From positions 36,208,001-36,272,000 of the forward strand of contig OZ287756.1 of NCBI GenBank assembly GCA_965649765.1: 64,000 bases of DNA, read 5' to 3'. The stretch comes from Bispira polyomma. Lineage: Eukaryota. This document shows, one piece after another, positions 26,601 to 40,000 of this stretch (positions are counted from its first letter, which is position 1; the number at the start of each line of letters is the position of its first letter). The translations under genes were made by a program, and so were the position numbers. The notes beneath the pieces were generated by a model. That model was not told the origin of the DNA. It saw only the letters and a list, made by a program, of their open reading frames with translations, and ran no database searches.

Positions 26601-28089
26601 GTTCAGTGCCCTTCACCCCTAACTCCCAGCAAACAGTAACCTATGTCCAGACCACTATGGATGGAGGATCCAGAGTTCACCCCTGTCAGCCTTCTATCCA
26701 GAATGATCTACACAAGTGCTCTTCCATCAGCCTCTGGCTCTGAACTATTAAAGTCTGGAAACTGAGAGATTCACTGAAATATCATGAGCCAGAACCGGGG
26801 AGGGGGGAGGGGGCATACCACCTTGCTACTCAGTAAAAACTGCCTATGGGGGGAAAAGCTTTCTTCTGTAAATAACAAAATACTCATCCAGACTCTACTA
26901 CCCTGTGCGAAAGTCTACCTTTTCAGCTGCTTAGCAGTCTAATAATGTTCAGGAGGTAATAAGATGTAAACTATAGAAGATGCTCTGTTGTGTATTAGGG
27001 TACGGATTTGTACAGGAATCCCCATGTATCTAGTACTATGGCATACTTCACAGTGAGGGGCCGATGTAACTGTAAATACACTGGGCCTGCCACACTCCAG
27101 CTCAGTAAATGAACTTGTAATAATATTTGTGCTCTATCTTTGTTACAGTCATACTATCACTAACTATCCATCTCAGCTGGTACAACATCAAATTCCTGGC
27201 AGCTTTGCTATTCTTTTTTCTATCTTTTATTTAGACATGAGCCCGTATAAATATAGCATATCCAAACAGGTCTCAAAAACGAGATATCTCCCCCTATTAC
27301 TAACCCTACTCACTAGACTGGGTGTATATAGGGCCTGCTTGCTTGTTCTCCAAAAACTTCTCTGATCTCAACCAGTAAAGAGACTGCACACCTAGACAGT
27401 TACCATGGCAACATCAAACCGAGCCACTCTCCAGTGATAATTAAGCTAATTCCCCTTTTGAAAACTGGTTTCCAATCTCATTATGGCTCCTCCTCTAGGT
27501 TCTCCCTCCTCAGATACCAGCCTAACAACATGACTAGAGAAGCAGCCCCTCACTCAGACCCTCCCCCTCAGCATAGACCATGACACGCCCTCATAACTCT
27601 ACCTTTGATCTCCTCCTCGAGCTCCAACTTCAAAGAATTCCTGCCTTAGAAAACCTCCTCTACCTAATATATCTAATTTACTGCAGTGAAAAGGAGAAAA
27701 GAAATTATCTTTAAAATGGGTCAATACCACCTGATACACTCCTGCAGTTTATTAATCACAGATACAAAAAGTTCAGGTCACAAAGTCTTTGTATAATCCA
27801 CACAATTCAGCACACACTTAACTGTTCTCAGCTGTGTTCAAAGCTATTGCATGGACTTACTGCTGCACATATATAACATGTTCTTGTTTATGTGTGATGT
27901 CAGTGTGCTTGTTGTGTGTGCAGTGTTGTTATTAGGATATAATCCTTTTTTTGGCATCAAACAATGAGGTTTGTGTAACCCCCATTGCCACCACTTGTAC
28001 ATTATTACTCCACACACACACACACAGGCACAAACAGTGTTTTTATCCAGGGGAATATGCATCAGAGAGAACACAAGAGTGAAAAAAAA

Positions 28090-28313
28090 CTCATCCTTAA
28101 ACTCGTACTCAACTCAAATAGAGGCTGTATGTAAATCTGGGTACATGCAAGCATGCAAGTAATCTATACCGGTGACGATTCATTCAATAGAGCTTTCAAC
28201 ACTGAATTCAAATATGAATTTTAGATATACTTACTATATCCAGAGTTTTAAAGAATACAGATTTAAGTTGAGTATAAGTTTGAGCTCAGTAAATGTTCCA
28301 GAATACCAGCCCA
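28090..28313 (-). mobile_element. MITE family A, copy 7
   Basis: aatagagctttcaacactgaattcaaatatg ... gagtataagtttgag ... gaataccagcccag. Confidence 0.6.
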
Positions 28314-29160
28314 GATGATTTATTTCAGAGTGACTGAGAGAATCATCTGTCAGAGGGGTAATAATCCTGTCACTACTGCTACAACATTCACACATTGCTC
28401 ACTAGAATATGCTTAGAAGTTATAAGATACATGATAGAATAAGGTGTTGGCTATAACTAATCCAGATAATCCCAGAGTATAATCAGTAGCTAGTAAAGCC
28501 TAAATCATCTCCTTTTAGCATTAATTAGAGGTCTTCTTCAGTGTTTACAAGTATATAAAGATATAGTGTACTCATAGTCCAAATTCCAATGTATGAATGG
28601 AAACACTGGAAGATATACATATCATATACACCAGTGTTCATGATTGAAACAGGTCTGAATTTTTCTTTTATCTATATAACCACAGCACATCTGATTACAA
28701 TGACGATGAGATTATTAACCTATGGCCTAGATTAAGGTATCAAGTTTCCCTACTGCAAAGCAGTTTATTTTATTAATCAATATCTTATATGCACAAAGAA
28801 AATTGGTTTACGCAATCTGCCAATATCCCCAAGCTTGATGTTTTTTGTGTCAGGTTTTGCATGCAACAAAGAGAGATATTCTACACTTAGTGTTCACCTT
28901 AGGTTCAAAATATTACTCAAAGATTTGTTTTTATTACAACATCAATCCGAAATAACGCAATTGGGGTCTCCACAAATAATGATGCCGCTGTTTCAGATAC
29001 ACTTAGCAAAGATTGCTTTTCACTAACAACTAGTAAGACCAGCAGTCTCTCTTACAACCAGAAGTGCAAAAACCTGAAGATGTCTGACATTCTTCCCTCT
29101 GTGTTTTGTAACAGTGGATTGTCAATGGGTCAGTAGTGTAATGGCGCTTATTTCTTGTGC

Positions 29161-29380
29161 TAGTGTTAGAGTAAAGAATCTAAAATTCGCCACTGTGTCT
29201 GAAATTTGCCACCCCCTCAAATTTAAAACCAAATGAATATTAAAACTGGCGAAAAGTAACTGAAATTTAATTAAGTAAAGCAAAATAGTCGCAAGAATCT
29301 AAATTTCACCAAATATTACCCACAATTCTACCAAAAACGCACATTTTCTCAGTGGTGGCGAATTTTAGATTGCTTACTCC
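29161..29380 (+). mobile_element. ~220-bp MITE family B
   Basis: Inverted termini gagtaaagaatctaaaattcgccac / gtggcgaattttagattgcttactc; homologous to 16330-16535. Confidence 0.6.
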
Positions 29381-29544
29381 ATATAAAAACCTCCCCCATC
29401 TCTGTATTACAGTGTATTAGACCTTATCAAACTCAGACATCAGCATTTAGTCCAGCACTTGGTACAAGTCTCCGCATCACCTCATACTGCTCTAACTTAA
29501 GGTCATTTCCATTTTATTAAGTGCACTGTGCAATACTGGCATCA

Positions 29545-29695
29545 ATATGTCTACTTAGTTATGTTCTCACCCCTGTCTGTCTGTTCATTAGTAGGATTAT
29601 GCCAAAACTAGTGAACCGATTTTGACTGAAATTTGTGGAGGGCTAAGGCATGTGCCAAGGAAGAAACCATTAAATTTTGGTGCAGTTTCGGAATA
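29545..29695 (+). mobile_element. HINE-like element fragment
   Basis: ttatgttctcacc-(ctgt)n-tagtaggattatgccaaaactagtgaaccgattttg..ggcatgtgccaaggaagaaaccattaaattttggtgc. Confidence 0.6.
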
Positions 29696-31289
29696 ATGCC
29701 AAGTGTGATTACTAAGTACCTACTGTGTACTGTAATGAGTATTTAACTTAAAACCTAAAACCTACTTGAAAATGGGGGTTTCGATCAAAACCACCATTGC
29801 TATCTAATGGTTGACTGTCCGAGGTCTAGGTCTGTAATTAAATTAATAATATCTAATATATTGTTTCAAATCTTTTAATCAATTTTTCTATACACTAAAT
29901 TAGGGATTAAAAAAATCTAAAGGATCTAAAAAATATCATGATTTTCCCAAATAAAATCAGCTCAAATCTACCTTCTATATAATGCCTCCAGTTTATTAAA
30001 AGTATCCCAGTACTTCAAGTTTATGCAGTTAATCAAAATTATTTTTTTCTCATTTTAGAAGCCACTTAAAAAGATTGTTAGATTTTTTCTTCACCTGGAA
30101 AAAAGACATTAATAGGTTTTTTCTGTGCACTAAAACCTGGGACAAAGACCATACGCTATACAACAGCTCAGTAACAACTATTGTACAAACGTACATGGGT
30201 CTTAAAGAATCCAACAAGTTAACAGGTCATAATGGATATACTTAAAATAGAAATGTACATATGACAATACCCTTTTATATATGTTGAAATAATATATTAT
30301 GGTTTGTATATACTGTATAAGTGAACATATTAGCTGCAAGAAATTTTTTTACAAATGTACAATTTTTTGAAGAATTTCACTGGAAATAATTAATTCAGTA
30401 ATCCACTATTGCCTATTTTTTAAGATAAATACATGTAGTAACATATCAAGGTCCAACTTTTTCTGCATAGGAAGTATTTTTCACTATCCTAAGTTCCCAA
30501 ACTCATTTTGTTCAAATAGCTACACTTTAATTGCCCGTAAAACTGTCCATTTATACAGTAGTTGCACTGTCTCCATTGTGTGTGCTGTTTAAAATAACCA
30601 CTTCTTCTCACTGAGCAGAACCACTTTATTAAGACCTCAAAGGAGAAGTTCCCTTTGAATTGTTAAAAGACTTTCTCAGTTCACTACAAAACACTTTCTC
30701 TGAAAGGGAAACTTGCATTCAACTTACGATGCTTAAGATTTTTACATTTTTTTCGGTGTGTGTGTATTGCAATCTCACCATTTGTGCAGTCAAACGGCAG
30801 GGTCTATATATAATATATACATGTATATATATCTTAACTAATGTAACAGTTTGAATATATAACATGCGTCCCCTTTGACCATAAAAAAATAGAAATTCAG
30901 TGAAGTGGGCGAAGTTAAAAAAACGAAAATATTTAGACATATTTGTGTCAATCAGAAGTAGCTCTTGAAACAGGGTGAAAAAACGGATGAAGATGTTAAA
31001 ATTGTAGTAGTTGGAGAGGAGTTTTTAGCTGGAGATTTGCAGAATCTGAGAGATTTGTAGGGAAAAGTGGCCTGAATGGGGAGACATGTGCCTTTCCTTG
31101 CTGAAGTGGACACTTCAGTACACATGGAGTACAGCACAGAGATTTCCATACTGCTCCCCTAAACATTCCTATCATAGCCTTACAAAGTCTCTGGTCTCAC
31201 AAGCATTAAAATTAAGAATGGCGGTTGCATCACAGTGACTAAATACAGTAAAAGATTTGTTATCCATGCTTACTTTTTCTAAATACTTC

Positions 31290-31492
31290 ATAGTATGAAC
31301 TCATGTCAGTCTTCAGTCTATAAGAACCCAAACTCAGACTCGAGTAAAGGCTGTAATACTTGTGACCAGTCATTTCAATAGAGCGTTCAAGCTTGAATTC
31401 AAAGATACAGTCAAGTTTTTACTCTCTTTACCCTAGCCATATATAGTAAGACATTCGATTAAAGCTGGAGATTTTGAGTGAATCTGGCCACT
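31290..31492 (-). mobile_element. MITE family A, copy 8
   Basis: atacttgtgaccagtcatttcaatagagcgttcaagcttgaattcaaagatacagtcaag is the reverse complement of the family core. Confidence 0.55.
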
Positions 31493-34409
31493 GAATAAAT
31501 ATTTGAATATGTTATTTGTTGTATGTACATGTAACAATTCCTTTAGTTTCTAAAGTTTTACATTGCTCTACCAGATTGTTAAAATAAGGACTATAAGGTC
31601 CTACTGTATCATTTATAGATTAAACTACTTCAGTTAAAATTTAAGTTCTGGTTGATGTTTTAAAGGCAATGTATGTCCTGTTTTCCTCTAGAACAGAGAG
31701 ACCATAATGAACTTATGGAAAAACTAATTAAACATTTGGTGACTTAAACTTGAGCCTTTGAAAGGATTCTAATGGTGTTTTTATGTCAAAGAGTTGAGAC
31801 ATCTTCCAACGAAGTGAAGTGCATTCCAAGATTTCCTGACAGACCAATCGTTTAGCCCCCTTCCCGCCCTCATCCTCCTCTTCCCGATGTCATAACTAAT
31901 CTATCCGAGGCTACTGAGACTACTGACCATACATGTGTACTAGATGTGTCACACACGGGGACTCTCACAATGCTAACTAGCAACCAGATGGTCAAGGGGA
32001 TCATAGGGTATGCAGAGGTATGTCCTATAAAGACAGGATCTTAGTAAACTACAAGTCACATATGTAGAACCATCATATAAATAGCCTCTTACCAAAGCTA
32101 AAGTTTTATATAGAGTAATACACCAATTCTAATACTTAAGACAAAGTGATTCTTATAAACATGTTACAAAATACAAGTTATTAAAGTACAACCAAGATAC
32201 AAAAGACCTCACCAAGTGCAGAATATTTCTACACACTAATTTTAAGATTGAAACTTCGAAAGACATGGTTTTTTAATAAACTTGAAAAAAAGAGATTCGA
32301 GAATTGATAAAACACATACATACACATTTGTACTTTTAAAAACTTATATCATATTACTTTCATTGTTAATTGAAAAATTTGCAAAGAATATAATGCACAC
32401 AGGAGGTAATTGAGTAGATGACAGAGAATCAATCCCTTTCTTCTAAAATCTCGCAATAGTAATAAAAGGTTTTTATATCTCAATATTAAATTGCATTTGC
32501 ATGATAAAACACCCCATATCTTTAAATTTAAATTAATCTTCACAAATCGCAATACTGTGGTATAAAAAAAGTACACAAAAAACGTGTTTTTAAAAATGCA
32601 GAAAATCACTTAAAATTCTTTCATAATGCATTCATTAGTGGTGAAGTAATTGTTAAGATAAAAACTTTAGCGACTTTCACAAGTCACTCACTATCTCACT
32701 CAATGGGGTCTGTTTAAAAACGGGTGTGTTTTAAACCCTTCACAAGTCACTCGCTAGCTCCCTCAATGTGTTGTATTTGAAAAACAGATGTGTTTTAAAC
32801 CCACACTGCCACTAATGTCTGGGTGGGAAATGTCACCAACTCTTCACAGTTACTGTGCATCAGGGTTTTTTTACTAGTCTGTTAAATCACAGGGATGAAT
32901 ATAGAAAGCACACTTGAGGTTTTCAACAGCCCCACTTATCATGCAAGGAGTAGTATTACACAACAGTTCACCAGAGCTTGGCAAAAGTAACAATACAAAC
33001 ACAAATTGACACTATCGGATGACTTGATAGAAAACCTGTTTAAAACTCAATCATAAAGCCTGGAATTTACCTGTAGCTTTAAGACTCTTTATACATGAAA
33101 TTTGTTTGTATATGTATGTTGGAGATTCTGTTTATATGGTGTTAGACCAATCTCTTTTTGTCGCCAATAGACTGCTATTTTTTCAATTCCTGGATCGCTG
33201 ATGGAAACGAGTAAATAACATATTACACCAAATAATCTGTCCCTTTTCTCGATTCCACTGTCAAAATAACAGTAAAGAATCTTGCATAAAAGGGACAGAT
33301 TATTCGGTCAACTATGTGGACTTAACTTCCTAAACTGAATAAGGAGGATTCTAATTTTTGGTATAAATTGAAGCAAGAAATATAAACTCTGCAAAAAAAA
33401 TTTTGGCCAAGATTTATAAAGTAAATTTTTACGCCGAAAATTTGATTCTGAAACAAAATAAATGAATTAGATTTTTTCAGTTTTATGCACACATTTATTT
33501 CTTTTTCACACATTTAGGAACACGTTCAATGTGTCATTGTGATACAACACGAAAATTGCAGAAAAATAATGACTGTTGGAATATGGTGTACTACTATACT
33601 CTGGCCAGAGATATTGTGGAGAATTTATTATATGGCATCATTCACACTGAATGTTTCTGCCTTAAGTTGATGGCAGGATCTCTCACTACTTAATTATTAA
33701 AAGATTCCTTACAATGTGAATGATTATCCTAATAAATACCAAATGAAACCAATTGTTCAAATATTAATAAGAAACTCTATTAAACTAACAGACAAATTAA
33801 GTGCAAGTCTTACCTGTTTCCACAGACAGATGTATCCTTTTAAGGCAGTGACGTCTTATCTTACTACTTGGTTTTTCCTTTGTTTTATCACAGTAACTCC
33901 CAGTCCTAATTACACAGGACAAATACTTAACTACATCTTATCCAAATGAAAACCAATCTAATTATATGTTGTATTATATCACGTCATTGACATTAAGTTT
34001 AAATTTTCAGTAAGTGTTTATTACACTATTTAAATCATGTTGACAAAATATGGTGTTTGTCGAATACCTATGGTCACCATTTATTCCTTATATTTCTTTC
34101 AATGTTTTCCACAACTTATCACAAGTCCTTTGACCAACTTCCACATAAGAAGTTTAACTGCCTACTGACTTAACATGTTCACCGACTATATTATCAACTA
34201 ATCTCGTACCTGGAGTTATGCTGTTTAATGATCCACTTTCTCCTAGCTAAAGGTGTGTAGCACACAACACAATGGTCAAAAGAGTTGATCCACATGTTAT
34301 TAGAAAAGAAACTTCTCGCCACTTAAAGTATAAAACAGAACCAGTCACACACAGATCAATAAACAGTGAACGTTTTTCCCCAGGCCCATTGCTGACACCT
34401 AGCGGCAAG

Positions 34410-34460
34410 GTGCTGACTCAGATCGGTAACTCTGATTGGTTCTCCACAATGATTGACAGC
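34410..34460 (-). promoter_or_regulatory. Candidate promoter module: TALE (PBX/PREP) decamer + CCAAT box + AP-1 site
   Basis: TGATTGACAG at 34450-34459, ATTGG at 34435-34439 (10-nt gap) and TGACTCA at 34414-34420, in unique, relatively GC/CpG-richer sequence. Confidence 0.35.
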
Positions 34461-36253
34461 TGTATACCCATGACAGGGTGGTATATGTTCATTGTTCTTT
34501 GCACCTAGTGACCACTATATCATTGACGGCGGTGGTAAAATGGGAGGGGCTTCTGCGGTTTGTGTAGAAATCCTACACCTGGCTAAACAAACAATTGGTA
34601 AAACTCTCTATTTTGAGGCGATATCAAAAAGATTGCTAACAGGCTGTCTAGAAGACCAGTCCTTTGTTGACAAATGAGTCTTACTCTGGGTTCCTGGAAT
34701 GTAGAAGAATTCCAGTTTGGGGTTGATTTGTACTAATCCTGTGTGAACAGACGGAAATACCATATAGATTATTTTATCGGATAATGTAAAGGACACAAAC
34801 AAGTCCCTTAGAACTCGGCTTGCCTTTTGACAAAGCACCCAGTAAAAGAGCTAATTATATTTCCCCCCTATAGAAGAGTGGGGGTGAAATAACCATAGTA
34901 AATCTGTAGTATTGTATCACTATATACACTAAATAGCCACTTAAACTGACGAGAAGGCTCTAATACAATGATATATATAGCCATATATATTTGTATGTAT
35001 ATACAAAGAGGAAACTCTTAAATAATGTAGAAAATGGCAACTCCATTCAGTGTGACAAATTATGTTGAACGAATAGGGGCCAGCATGCCCATTTAATTGA
35101 ATTATTCCCTCCCCATTAACCATAGAATTGATATATGAATTATCAGATAATTCCCTCACTGTGGGTGATCATGTCTTCACTCAAAACCTATGAGATGTCC
35201 ACTCAAACCTGTTTGACCTCATACTCCAAGCCTCATTTCACCCTACATTAAAACACCCTCAGTATATAATTTGGTGACATGACAAATTGTGACAATTTGA
35301 ACCATTAAATATGAATTTCTGGTCTCTCTCTGTACAAAGTTTTAGTTTATTGGACATGACATTGAAAGAAAGCCACTGAAAGATGAGAAATATGTTCTAC
35401 TAGCTGAAGAAGTCACAGGTTGACCGAGGTACGCCGAAAAACTACCAGTATATTGGTTCTGAAAATGTAACAGAAAATTATATATATAAATAAAAACGTA
35501 CCAGGAAACAAAAAGTAATCACACATACGTATACACTGTTTAATGAATGAATAATACAAATGTTTGTCTCCTCTCAAACAACGGGTTATAAAGTACATTT
35601 CATGGCTATTACATTAACAAGTGTAGACCACATGCTGACTTGCTGTGGTTTTTAAAATACTTGAGACAAAGCCAGAGAGTCATAATTCACAAGTGGACAA
35701 TCCCATAAAACACATAGAATTCTACAAAATGAATAGTTGGTGTCGTTAAAAGTGTTGCACTTGTTGTCTTACTAAGTTTACCTGGAAATGTGTGTCTCAA
35801 TATAAATGACATACCTATATAATATTGAACAGACGACGGTTGTATACATGTATAAAACTTGCCTAAGTTTGGAATGATATCGCCATTCCATTAATCTCCA
35901 TGGCATGTGTTAAACACGGGGACGTTATGACTGCAACACGTATTTACTTCTATACACTATAAGATGCGAACACTTAAATACTGTGTTCAACAAATAAAAC
36001 CACGGCTATTCAAACCTGGATGATTCCAATTATGATATGGTTCAAATTCAGTATATATTTTTTAAAGATAATTGACCAAAACATCCCCACATCGTGTATG
36101 TGTTTTATACACAATACACTGTGTAGCTATTATGTTCACACATTTCAAACCAGAAGCTGAAACCAACTGTGACCATATCCATCCCATAGTGCTCGAACAC
36201 ACATCAGACCTGGAACAGGTATTTACAAAAGGTCTTAAAGTCATTTGTAACTT

Positions 36254-36420
36254 TCTCGTCGATGCCAATGTGGGAAAGGTGGTAGTTCCTTACTGTGGGC
36301 CGCTGGTTTCTCTGCAGAACCTTGACCAACTGTATGCAGTGTTTCCTACAGCGTTTCCAACTACCCGTCCCAATATAACATACTAAAAGGTGCTAGAGTG
36401 GACGTTAAATATCCAAATTC
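36254..36420 (+). mobile_element. 5'-truncated copy of the 20996 SINE
   Basis: Nearly identical to 21084-21250 (cgatgcc.atgtgggaaaggtgg ... gacgttaaatatccaaattc); TSD aagtcatttgtaactt at 36238-36253 and 36421-36436. Confidence 0.9.
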
Positions 36421-37075
36421 AAGTCATTTGTAACTTAAACTCAGTAATACTTACATCGATTTCCGTATACGTCAGAATGACATCGTCATGTTACCATTTA
36501 ATTAAACACAGCTTTCTACGATGACTTAAAATGTACGATCATGTTTGATATATAAATATACTGGCATGTTGTTTTTTCAATAAAGATAAAGTGGATCATT
36601 TATTGTGAGATTACTTTGATAATTACCACCCCCGATCTGCTGTTGAGAGTGTCCAGGTATCAATCTGTTCAGACCCTTGTTAGCCCCAATAAAAGTGCCC
36701 ATTAAACAAGCCACCCCCCTGGTTAGGTGTCAGACACCTTGTACCCCTGTCCAAGAGAGAGACCTTGACACCTTTAACCCCCAGTGACACCTGTCAGATC
36801 CTGGTCAGTGACGAGTGGACCAGAGATTGCAGGAGACAGACAATATTAGCCTGTACAAGGCTACTGGTCTGTGAAAAAGTTGTTTTTTTTTGTTTTTTTT
36901 TTGTTTTTTTTGTCCTCATTAACATTATAATTACATATCATACATTATTTTCATACATAGAAAACATCATTATAGTTTCTTTAAAAAAACCCTAAATTGA
37001 CCTAATACATAAATTGCATATGTTTACTTTTACACTAAATGACACATTTTGTCATTGAGGCAATTTACTTTTAGT

Positions 37076-40000
37076 TTACAAAGAGAAGATTGCCTCCCAC
37101 TTAGTCCAAGAAGTTTTGAAATTTTCTGCCTTATCCTGCAATTGATATATTAAAAATTCATTCAGACAAAGGATGTATGAACACATAAGAAGTGTTTATA
37201 ATCCCAAACTACAACCATCCACCCCAGTGTCAAGGCACTTTAGTCAGAAACAACACTCTGCTAAAAATATGGAGTTCAGTATTGTCCATTGGTTAGGTTT
37301 GGATAATAAGGCAAATAGTACAGACCGACGAAGACGTCAGGAACTGTACTATATTTGGTCCTTACCAACCCTCTACCCCAACTGGGATTAATGTATTTGT
37401 GTGATGAGGCCCTCTTATCTGGCACCCTTACCCTAGTGCCCCCTTATCCCTTTATATTAAAAATTCATCTTGGTAAAGCGCTTTTAATTTCAGTTTTAAA
37501 GCCTTCAAGGAGAGTCTTTCATTTTGATTGTTGGAATCGAAAATATATTTTTTTACCATCATAATTAAAGCATTCACAGGGACATTATTTTGGTCCTTCA
37601 GCTGGTACCCGAAGATTATTGTGAAGTCAGTAAAATTGACTTGAACTTTTAGGATTTTTTTTATATGTTCTGCGATAATTCTCCAAAATTTTTGTATTTC
37701 AGAACACTCGACAAACATGTGCGTCAAGGTTTCGTTTTCCATATTGCATCTGGCACAGTGTGCATTATCGACAACATTTAATTTTTTTAGATAGTTTCTC
37801 GTAGCTGTCAGTCTATAAATTATTTTAAGTTGAAACCAAGTCAGGCTATTATTAGTAATTGTCTTAAAGCAAATTCTAAATATTGCCTTCCAAGTGATAT
37901 CGTCAATGTTTGTTTTTAAATCATCATTCCATTTCAGTTTCATGTTATGGTTGTTTTTATCATTTCTATCTAAGCACCGATAAAAGTCTTGTGCGCCTTT
38001 GATAGATTTATACAAAATTTTCTAGTGACCAGGGAGAAAGGGTCTTTTAACTATATGACCTGTGTTTATCCTTTTTCTTTTGATATATTCTTTGACATTG
38101 AGTTTCATTTGATAATATTGTAAATAATTCTTGTTATCGAGACTGTAAATGTCTTTAAGTTCATCTAATGTCAAGAAAAATCCTGATTGATTTAAAACAT
38201 CAGAAATTATCGATATTCCACTTTTAAACCATTCTGGTAATATAAGGGTCACACTTGATATTTCACTATTAAACCATAAAGGGCTTGCCAGTGCCTCCTA
38301 GTCTGTAAGTGCTTGCTGGTTAATCAAAAATTCCCAGGCCTCAAAAACTTCTATCCAAAAATTGTTGGAAATTTTGTCTTTCACATACTTTAAATATGCA
38401 TTCCCAAAGATGTTAAAGTTTTCAATCTTTGCATGCATACTGGCTTTGAACAAGTCAATCCACGGGGAATTTGATCGAAGGAGTCTACGAAACCATGTGA
38501 CCTTAAGGGATTTTATATATTTTGTCAAATTTATCATTTTTAGGCCTCCAATATTGTTGTCCAGTAAAAGTACACTTCTGTTTAACTTGTCTGGTTTGTT
38601 ATTCCAAATAAATTTAAACAAGATAGAGTTTAACTGGTCCAATACAGATTCCTTTGGCATTGGTAGACTTAACAATATATGGTTAAGTTTAGCCAGTAGA
38701 AAGGTCTTTACAACTGTTATTTTACCCATCGGAGTCAGATTCCTTTTATTCCAGTAATTAATACTACCTTTGATTTCAAGAATTTTTGAGTGGTAATTTA
38801 ATTCTGGCATTTTATCCAAATCGACAGAGAAGATCAACCTCAAAAGGTCAAAACCAGTTGCTCCCCAATGGAATGAACCCTTAGACAGTTTATCATTAGA
38901 ATGTCTTTTCTTACCAATCCATATTAACTTTGTTTTATCAGTGTTGATCTTTAACCCGGAGATTGTTCCAAAAATTTCGAGTGTGTTTAAAGCTGCTTCA
39001 AAAGAAATATCAGTCCCATCCAAAAATAAGGTAGTATCATCAGCAAATTGTGTCAATTTAAATTCAGTATTATCTACAGATAAACCTTTAATTTTTAGAT
39101 CATTGTTTATTAAGAGACTTAAGACCTGGCCTGCTATTGTAAACAAAAAATAAGGTGAAATTGGGTCACCTTGTCTACAACCTCGTTGGATTTCAATGAA
39201 GTCTGACATAAAACCACTTTGCAAGATTGTTGCTTTGATATTATTATTAAAAAGGTGGATCCATTTTAAAAATTCTGGACTGAATCCTAAAAAGCTTAGT
39301 GTTTTGTACAAAAACTGCCATGAGATGGAATCAAAGGCCTTTTCAAAATCAATCAACATAAGTAGCCCTGATATGTCATTGCTTTCTGCATAATGCATTG
39401 GATCATACACTAAACGTGTGCATTCTCCTATATCTTCCTGGAACAAAGCCATTCTGACTATTATCTATCAAAAAATTCAAGACTGGTTTAATTCTATTTG
39501 CAATAGCGGCTGAGGCTAATTTATACACTACGGACAGCATTGATAGAGGACGCCAGTTTTTTAGATACTCTCTAGGTTTGCCTTTTTTTGGAAGGCAAGT
39601 AATTACACATTGTCTTAATGATAACGATAGAACACCTTTTTCAAAACTGAAGTTTAATGCACGTAATAACCAGTTCCCAAGTGACCTCCAAAAAACTTTA
39701 AAAAATTCTGAAGGAAATCCATCAATACCTGATGTTTTGTTGTTTTTCATATGTTTCAAAGCATTGCTTAATTCGTTGTAAGTTAGTGGGACTTCCAAGG
39801 ATTTGGACTGTTCTACAGTAAGCTTTTTTGCCCTATGAGCACCAAGTAATGTGTCAAGATTGATTTTTTCAAGTTGGTCATCTCTGGACTGAAATAGCCT
39901 ACTATAAAATGATTTTAATTCATTGAGGACCTCTTTCTGATGTGTCACCAGAACACCATTGGCTTTTATAACTCTTTTTACTGTCTTTTCGATATAGTTA

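Noticed and set aside
37398-37452. Hammerhead ribozyme in the Penelope fragment (gtgatgaggcc)
   Set aside because: It lacks the CUGAnGA core and the downstream GAAA. The ctgatgag at ~20369 likewise has no closing stem or GAAA.
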